Shown piece by piece: positions 35,424-41,133 of a DNA stretch of 41,133 nucleotides. Within the stretch, counting starts at the first letter, position 1. Every line of letters begins with the position of its first letter. The notes below the pieces were generated by a model, which was not told the DNA's origin, made no database searches, and saw only the letters and a program-made list of their open reading frames with translations. The DNA lies in IMG/VR virus record IMGVR_UViG_3300020440_000028, positions 1 through 41,133 of that record, one strand, 5' to 3'. Source of the stretch: a virus (Duplodnaviria; Caudoviricetes). The position numbers and the translations under genes were made by a program.

Positions 35424-36799
35424 TACGCCCTCGCCTTTGCTTCAAAGTTACGCATCATTGCGTACATATTTTGAATACCTTTTTCATTATCGCCACCACC
35501 GGCACCGTTTACGGCATCTGTTGTCATAACAAACTCACCGGGCATCAACATAGCACGTACACTGTCTTTACCGGGTGTACCCTCATCCATACCTATACCC
35601 CCATTGCGTCTTGGAAATTCTTTTGCTTCACCACCTGCTGCCGCATACTGCACGGGTGGACTTGGAGTGAAGGGGAACCGTGTTGGCACCATAAAAGGAG
35701 GTTGTGAGGGCCTAATATCTGTGCCTTGCACAATATACTTACCTCTATTTTCATCTATAAGGTCTTGACCTGTTTTTATGTCTTCTAGCTCTTCCATTTC
35801 CGGAGCATCAAAGAAACCACCCGCTGCGGCAACTGTAGTGGCCGCTGCTGCCGGAGCAGCATACTTGGCAAAAAAGCCGGGGTTTACATCTTTTAATATT
35901 TGAGAGCTTAATTCTGGAGTTAATTTTGTTCCAAGTTGCTTGTTGTAACTTGCTAAATCAGAAGCAGTCATGGACTCTGGCATAAATTTATCTATAAACC
36001 TACCGCGTCCTGTAGGAACATTTACTGGTTGATCTAAACCCGGAAATTGTTTTTGCGTAAATTGCATATCAGGCACACCTTCAGGGGTATATGATTTTTG
36101 AATACCTTTAAGGGTTTCTCCTATTTTATCAAAAGTAGGAAACCCTTTGGGGCCGACGGGCGTAAAGCCTGCTCTTATGCCCTCAGTAAAACCTGTGCCA
36201 CCAAACATACCAGAAATGCCTGCCCCTATTGTAGCTGTAGCGCCTGCGGTCAATGCACTGCCCACGGCCTCTTCAAAACTCTCACCTTGTATCAAGCCAC
36301 CAATACCGGCACCTATAGACGCACCGGCTGTTGGACCAACAAAAGGCGCTAATACAACAGCGCCGGCCACAGTCAACACAGGCTTGGCTACTTTACGTAT
36401 AACATCGCCAACTTTGTCAAATATATCTTTCAGAAAAAACTCAGGCAATCCCGTATCAGGGTTTATAGAGTTTGCTTCTGTACCCACCACGTATCTTTCT
36501 GGGTCTTCGATACCCATATCTTTCAGATGATTAAATATAGAGTCTTTTAGTTTTGGGTTTTTATCTATTAATGCTTTCGGGACGACTAGCTCGCCTGTTT
36601 CAGCATGAACGAGCTTGTCGTCACCATAACGGCCGTAGGAGGCCATGCGCACTGCAACATCTTGGATAGCACCTAAGCCATCAGAGCCGAAGTTTTCTTG
36701 CGCCTTTTCTTTGTATAAAGCTTCTTTTTCGTGGTCTTCCAAATAAAAGTCGGCTATGCCACCGACTGGAAACGAAAAGGTTTTAAGTGCTTCGCCCAT
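35423..36799 (-). CDS. ejection/DNA-transfer protein
   Basis: GRYGDDKLVHAETGELVV, INPDTGLPEFF, Gly/Ala TM-like segment, DSVRAMLMPGEFV. Confidence 0.7.
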   Translation of the reverse strand: MGEALKTFSFPVGGIADFYLEDHEKEALYKEKAQENFGSDGLGAIQDVAVRMASYGRYGDDKLVHAETGELVVPKALIDKNPKLKDSIFNHLKDMGIEDPERYVVGTEANSINPDTGLPEFFLKDIFDKVGDVIRKVAKPVLTVAGAVVLAPFVGPTAGASIGAGIGGLIQGESFEEAVGSALTAGATATIGAGISGMFGGTGFTEGIRAGFTPVGPKGFPTFDKIGETLKGIQKSYTPEGVPDMQFTQKQFPGLDQPVNVPTGRGRFIDKFMPESMTASDLASYNKQLGTKLTPELSSQILKDVNPGFFAKYAAPAAAATTVAAAGGFFDAPEMEELEDIKTGQDLIDENRGKYIVQGTDIRPSQPPFMVPTRFPFTPSPPVQYAAAGGEAKEFPRRNGGIGMDEGTPGKDSVRAMLMPGEFVMTTDAVNGAGGGDNEKGIQNMYAMMRNFEAKARA

Positions 36800-36801
36800 A
36801 A

Positions 36802-37104
36802 CTATCCTATTGTTACTGTTACCGATCCTAACCCACTTGTGGCAGAATTACTAGCGCAATGTGGTCGGTCCACCTTACTTATCTTAACAAATCCGTCAAC
36901 TTCAAACAAGGCGCCGTTCTCTAAATCTTTATCATTACCCGATGGTAAATTAGTAAAAGTAAGTTTCGTGGCCCGTGATTCGCCGGGATTACGCTGTTGT
37001 TCTACAAACAAAGCAAACGATCTTACTATGTCAGAGAAGTAACTCGGATCATATTGCTGTGGCGGATAAGGAAAAAACGGGGCCGGTATATTACGTGTGC
37101 TCAT
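36802..37104 (-). CDS. small tail-associated protein
   Basis: TAATG coupling to tail protein. Confidence 0.7.
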   Translation of the reverse strand: MSTRNIPAPFFPYPPQQYDPSYFSDIVRSFALFVEQQRNPGESRATKLTFTNLPSGNDKDLENGALFEVDGFVKISKVDRPHCASNSATSGLGSVTVTIG

Positions 37105-39440
37105 TATCTTCGTCCATCTGGTCTTACATCAAGTCTCGGTGTGCCTAGCCTCCACATAACACCAGTAACGTCACTTTCAACCCGAAAAGCAAAAGATCGA
37201 CCGCGTAACCGTACATGAAGCTGCTCTGTAAACAACTCTACAGGTGTTGACACAGACTGCGCTACCTGATTACTTGACGTTTCGTTAAACGTGACCCCCG
37301 GAAAATTACGTGTTTTGACTACCATATTGACTCGTGGTGTCTCATTTGTACTGTCTCTAAACGTAATGTCGGGCAGAACACGCCGTACTAGAGTGAATTT
37401 GTCGCCATCGCCTATGTCTATTTGGCTTGACTCGACATTGGCTGATATAGCAGAAGGAGGATTAGTGCTACCATCGTCCTGCCCGAACTCGTGGTAATAT
37501 AATTTATTGTCAGTGCTCGCGGCTATCGGATACTGGTTAATACCGCGATCCACCCATGCGGTGCGGTTTAATGTACCAAAGTACCAGAGCTTCTCCTGAT
37601 AATTATATATAACATATCTGTCATTTGTTGTGCTGCTCTTAGATGGGTAGAACCACCATACCTCACCATACGAACTATTATGCCCCGAATATACCTTACC
37701 TATCTGGTCCCGATTAAAATCACTAAACACATAATCCAACACGGTGCAGGGTAGGCGTTGCACGGTACCACCGTATACATAGAACTCTTTTGAGCCCATC
37801 CAGAATACAAAGTCATTCACAGCAACAGCCGCGTTTGGCCCGGCTATTGTAATATTTCGTGATATCTCCGTTAGACCAAAAGTAAAAGGTGGCCCCAAGA
37901 ACTGCATACCATGAAGCGATACATCGGTATATACGAGTATTTGTTGCTTGGTTTGTATAGCTACCACAATCTCCGAACCCGTAGATATCCGAAGCTCTCC
38001 CGCTGTGTTTGTAGGTAATGTCTGAAAATCAATTAAACTTTCTTGCGAGCCAAAACGTATGAGTAGTGGGTCCTGTGTGCCAATAGAGGACTCGCCGTCA
38101 CAACCAAAGGCTATGACATGACGGTCTTGGTCCGATACCATAATCTGTTTGGCAACTGTGGGAGCAAGATTAGACCCTGATAATGAAGAAAGGGCCACGG
38201 CCCGTGTTGAGGTACCCGCTGTTCTATCCCAATAAAATATACCACCATTTTTAATGTTTAATAATAAGTCTTCCCCAAAGTTATCATGCGTCCAGTTTGT
38301 TAAGACAGCACCCGATATTGTGCCCTCTGCCGGCATACCCCAACCAAAAGCCGCTTCTATTACAGCATCATTGTCCGCATGAGTTGCCGCTGTTGTACTA
38401 AGCGAGCCCCGTATCAAACCTGTAAAGGTGGTAGATGTCTTGCCTGTGTATTCAATAATCTCGTCGTTTATCTTGATATAACCGGTGGATATAAAGTTGG
38501 CCGCTGAGTCTACTGTCACAGTAGTAGCTGTTGCGGATAAGCCACTACCATCGTTTATCAAAGTTACTGTGTCGTCGGCTGCTGTTGCGTTGCCCAAGAC
38601 TAAGCGCACAAGCGCACCATTAGAATGAACCGCTGCTGTTGTACCACCATGTCCTCGTGTCACAGTCAGTGTATTGCTTGATATACCACTAATCAGCATG
38701 AGCTCGCCACCAACATCTATTACGTCAGAGGTAGACATACCCGTGGCACTTGTGACATCTACACCTGTTTCCGACGCATCAAGCTCTTCGTTTAGTGTTG
38801 TTGTAATTTCATTAGTATCCACGCCGTTCCACACACCGGCACCCCAACCTGTACCAAAAAAGTTTGTATCGAGGCCCGTGTTTACCTGATAAGCGCCTAT
38901 AGTAGAACTACCTCCATTTCCTGAGTCCGATCCACTAGCGGTAACAGTGACTGAGATAGTGTAGCTGTTATTGTTTACAATTCCAGTTATTTGATGTTCA
39001 GCATTTAATATTGCTGCCGTTACATTACCCCCCAACGATGCAGCGGCAGAAAACGTAACAAAATCATTAAGATTAGCACCGTGATCCGTATCGGTTACGG
39101 TAATAACAGAACTACCGTTAGTAGCAGCAAAGGTAACATCCCCCGCACCGGTTGTAGAACGCACAGGCGTGATATCGTTGTACTGCCCACCGTCTGCTAT
39201 ATAGTATTTAAGGTTTGTGCCTATACCTAAAAACTTTGTAGCATCCAAAGCAACCCAACTGAACAAGGCACGACAAGTGCCCAAGAAGGTATTGTCACTG
39301 TACGTGGACCACCCGCCTATCTTTTCTACGTTACCAAAGCGAAAGCGTATTTTATCGCCATTAAACCACCCGCCCTCATTAGAATACGATGTTGATTCTC
39401 TGTTGATACCGGGTTTAAATTTAAGTGCCGTTAAGGGCAT
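37104..39440 (-). CDS. tail hub / tubular protein B-like (P22 gp10-like)
   Basis: FKPGINRE, EKIGGW, beta-propeller-like body, GEVWWFYP, WRLG; inserted beta-rich domains. Confidence 0.75.
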   Translation of the reverse strand: MPLTALKFKPGINRESTSYSNEGGWFNGDKIRFRFGNVEKIGGWSTYSDNTFLGTCRALFSWVALDATKFLGIGTNLKYYIADGGQYNDITPVRSTTGAGDVTFAATNGSSVITVTDTDHGANLNDFVTFSAAASLGGNVTAAILNAEHQITGIVNNNSYTISVTVTASGSDSGNGGSSTIGAYQVNTGLDTNFFGTGWGAGVWNGVDTNEITTTLNEELDASETGVDVTSATGMSTSDVIDVGGELMLISGISSNTLTVTRGHGGTTAAVHSNGALVRLVLGNATAADDTVTLINDGSGLSATATTVTVDSAANFISTGYIKINDEIIEYTGKTSTTFTGLIRGSLSTTAATHADNDAVIEAAFGWGMPAEGTISGAVLTNWTHDNFGEDLLLNIKNGGIFYWDRTAGTSTRAVALSSLSGSNLAPTVAKQIMVSDQDRHVIAFGCDGESSIGTQDPLLIRFGSQESLIDFQTLPTNTAGELRISTGSEIVVAIQTKQQILVYTDVSLHGMQFLGPPFTFGLTEISRNITIAGPNAAVAVNDFVFWMGSKEFYVYGGTVQRLPCTVLDYVFSDFNRDQIGKVYSGHNSSYGEVWWFYPSKSSTTNDRYVIYNYQEKLWYFGTLNRTAWVDRGINQYPIAASTDNKLYYHEFGQDDGSTNPPSAISANVESSQIDIGDGDKFTLVRRVLPDITFRDSTNETPRVNMVVKTRNFPGVTFNETSSNQVAQSVSTPVELFTEQLHVRLRGRSFAFRVESDVTGVMWRLGTPRLDVRPDGRR

Positions 39441-39449
39441 ACTATTCTC

Positions 39450-40619
39450 TTATGTTTTAATAATGTAGTTTAAGATTATTGTAGGCTGTACGTTATTGTG
39501 TGCAGACCCACTACCTGCGCTACCTGTGGTTCCGCTAATTGAGACTGATATAGAGTTGCTTGATGAGCTTGCACCACTACCTCCTCGATTAACACCTAAG
39601 CCATCATTCAAAAACGTCATAGCCGTAATACTGTCTGTATCACTAAAGCTGTGCGTGTGCGATGCTAACTGAGCTGTTGTCAAGGTATGTGTTTCAGAAC
39701 CACCTGTATCACCTAAATTATCACCATTAATACCACCAGTTTGATTGGTAAGTCTGTCTGCTGAGGAACCGCCCATGTCATCTTGACCGGCTATAACCCT
39801 ACCTCGTAAATCCGGCAGGTTAAACGTTGATGACCCATCACCTGAACCGTAGGTTGTGCTTATTGCAGAAAAAAGAGTTGCATAGGTAGATCGTGAGACA
39901 GCCTGTCCGTGACACAATAAAAATCCTGTAGGGGCAGAAGCGCCTGCAAAAGGCATCAATGCACCGGAGGGCACAATATTAGACTCATAACTAAAACTAC
40001 CATCTCCATCAGACACAATGGCCTGACCAGAGGTGCCGTTTCCTGATATGTTTATCGCTGCTGCTCCAATAGAATTATCAGCCACAGCCGCAGCACCTAT
40101 CGCATCGTCGGCTACCTTAGCGGCTGTCACCGCATCGTCGGCTATCTTAGCCGTAGTAATGGCGCTATCTGCAATAGTTGCAGTAAGAACACTAGCGTCG
40201 GCAGTGCCCGGTTTAATCTCTGTTACCGCTGCTCCAGAACCTGCACCATCTGCAAAAACTACAGCGTCACCTCCGTTAGCTATTGTTACAGTAGCTCCGG
40301 ACCCTTGCTTTATAATAGCCGATTGCCCCGAACTATTCTTTACAAAATATAGTTTATCAGCATTATTAGGCTCAATGGTAATCGTGTTTGTACCAGAGGG
40401 TGACCCTCCTAGGACGAGCACTTTAAACATGCCGTCGGACAAGCTACCATCACTGGTAGTAAGCGTGTGTGTCGTGCCTGATAAGGTTATTGTACCGACA
40501 CCATTTACAAGCCTGTCTATAATGTCAAAATTATTATTTGTTGTGGTGCCCCAAGCACCGGCTTGTTCCCCAAGACCGATCTTTTCTATGCCACCATTAT
40601 CTGTATATGTTGATCCCAT
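39450..40619 (-). CDS. tail fibre with tail-collar domain
   Basis: PSGALMPFAG..APTGFLLCHGQAVSRSTYATLF..FNLPDLRGR, HNNVQP..LNYIIK; ITTAKIADDA repeats. Confidence 0.9.
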   Translation of the reverse strand: MGSTYTDNGGIEKIGLGEQAGAWGTTTNNNFDIIDRLVNGVGTITLSGTTHTLTTSDGSLSDGMFKVLVLGGSPSGTNTITIEPNNADKLYFVKNSSGQSAIIKQGSGATVTIANGGDAVVFADGAGSGAAVTEIKPGTADASVLTATIADSAITTAKIADDAVTAAKVADDAIGAAAVADNSIGAAAINISGNGTSGQAIVSDGDGSFSYESNIVPSGALMPFAGASAPTGFLLCHGQAVSRSTYATLFSAISTTYGSGDGSSTFNLPDLRGRVIAGQDDMGGSSADRLTNQTGGINGDNLGDTGGSETHTLTTAQLASHTHSFSDTDSITAMTFLNDGLGVNRGGSGASSSSNSISVSISGTTGSAGSGSAHNNVQPTIILNYIIKT

Positions 40620-40629
40620 ATCTTACCTC

Positions 40630-40986
40630 TTATGCTACTTCTGTCCAAGTCTGCGAGACGCCTGTGGTTTTTTCGGACCACGTTGGGCTGCTCGATGGCG
40701 TTATAGCCGTGTAAGACGTTCCCGGAGCAGGAATAATCTTACCCCATACTATAACACTTGTTAATGAAAGTGTAGCAGAAATTCCTGTTAAGGTCACGTT
40801 AGCGTCTCCCGTAATCGCTATTGACCCTAAACTTGTAGTTCCGGCTACGCCCGTAACGTCTGCTGCACCTTGTCCCTCTGTTGTAACAGAGCCTACAGCA
40901 GATGTTCCATTTACACCTGATAGCGGTACAAAAGCACCGGGAAGTTCTGCAATAGAGACTTCTGATATGGCATTAAAGCCAAGCAT
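40630..40986 (-). CDS. small tail structural protein
   Basis: Thr/Gly/Val-rich beta repeats. Confidence 0.7.
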   Translation of the reverse strand: MLGFNAISEVSIAELPGAFVPLSGVNGTSAVGSVTTEGQGAADVTGVAGTTSLGSIAITGDANVTLTGISATLSLTSVIVWGKIIPAPGTSYTAITPSSSPTWSEKTTGVSQTWTEVA

Positions 40987-41132
40987 TAGTCAGCGTCCTT
41001 GATGGTCAGTGTGCCTTCCTTTACTTGTTTTAGTATCTCTGCGTAGTGTCTGTTGGCAGGGTCTAGTGGTACTGACCATACTGCACCATTTATTGTTGCC
41101 GTTACAGAGTTAACGATACCATCAATGTCTTT
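40986..41132 (-). CDS. partial tail-fibre-associated protein (C-terminus)
   Basis: Open to window edge: KDIDG...VPLDPANRHYAEILKQVKEGTLTIKDAD; TAATG coupling. Confidence 0.65.
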   Translation of the reverse strand, partial: KDIDGIVNSVTATINGAVWSVPLDPANRHYAEILKQVKEGTLTIKDAD

Positions 41133-41133
41133 T

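Noticed and set aside
27140-40764. Numerous plus-strand ORFs up to 243 aa opposite virion genes
   Set aside because: Antisense shadows of well-supported minus-strand genes, with no motifs or RBS.
1-41133. Integrase, reverse transcriptase/DGR, introns, inteins, stop-codon recoding
   Set aside because: No such motifs seen; PolA, TerL and helicases are uninterrupted and of normal length in the standard code.

Overview
A 41-kb segment of a tailed dsDNA phage genome (podovirus-like, resembling uncultured marine phages; an alphaproteobacterial host is an inference). Nearly all genes are on the minus strand. In + strand order: scaffold and GroES co-chaperonin; lysis cassette (M15 peptidase, 3-TM holin, small membrane proteins); portal, TerL, VRR-NUC-like nuclease, TerS; a non-coding block with a perfect parS site and a 7-bp-period array; an 8-kb accessory region of small genes built from repeated promoter/terminator/RBS cassettes, with a probable origin; PolA (Leu762), SF1 helicase, primase, SSB-like protein, a lone plus-strand SNF2 helicase; four probable ejection proteins; tail genes. 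The major capsid gene is not in the window. The most novel signal is a layered regulatory system missing from the ORF track: (1) a ~70-nt sRNA with its own promoter and terminator (16755-16823) antisense to an AACTAYRGGAG...YTATG initiation box shared by about eight accessory genes, with a perfect 10-nt match to a lysis-region gene 12.6 kb away; (2) a ~360-nt structured ncRNA (17620-17980); (3) an unannotated ribbon-helix-helix protein (17403-17561) with a RTCYYATA operator repeated in about a dozen promoters. All calls were made by eye; no searches or folding programs were run.
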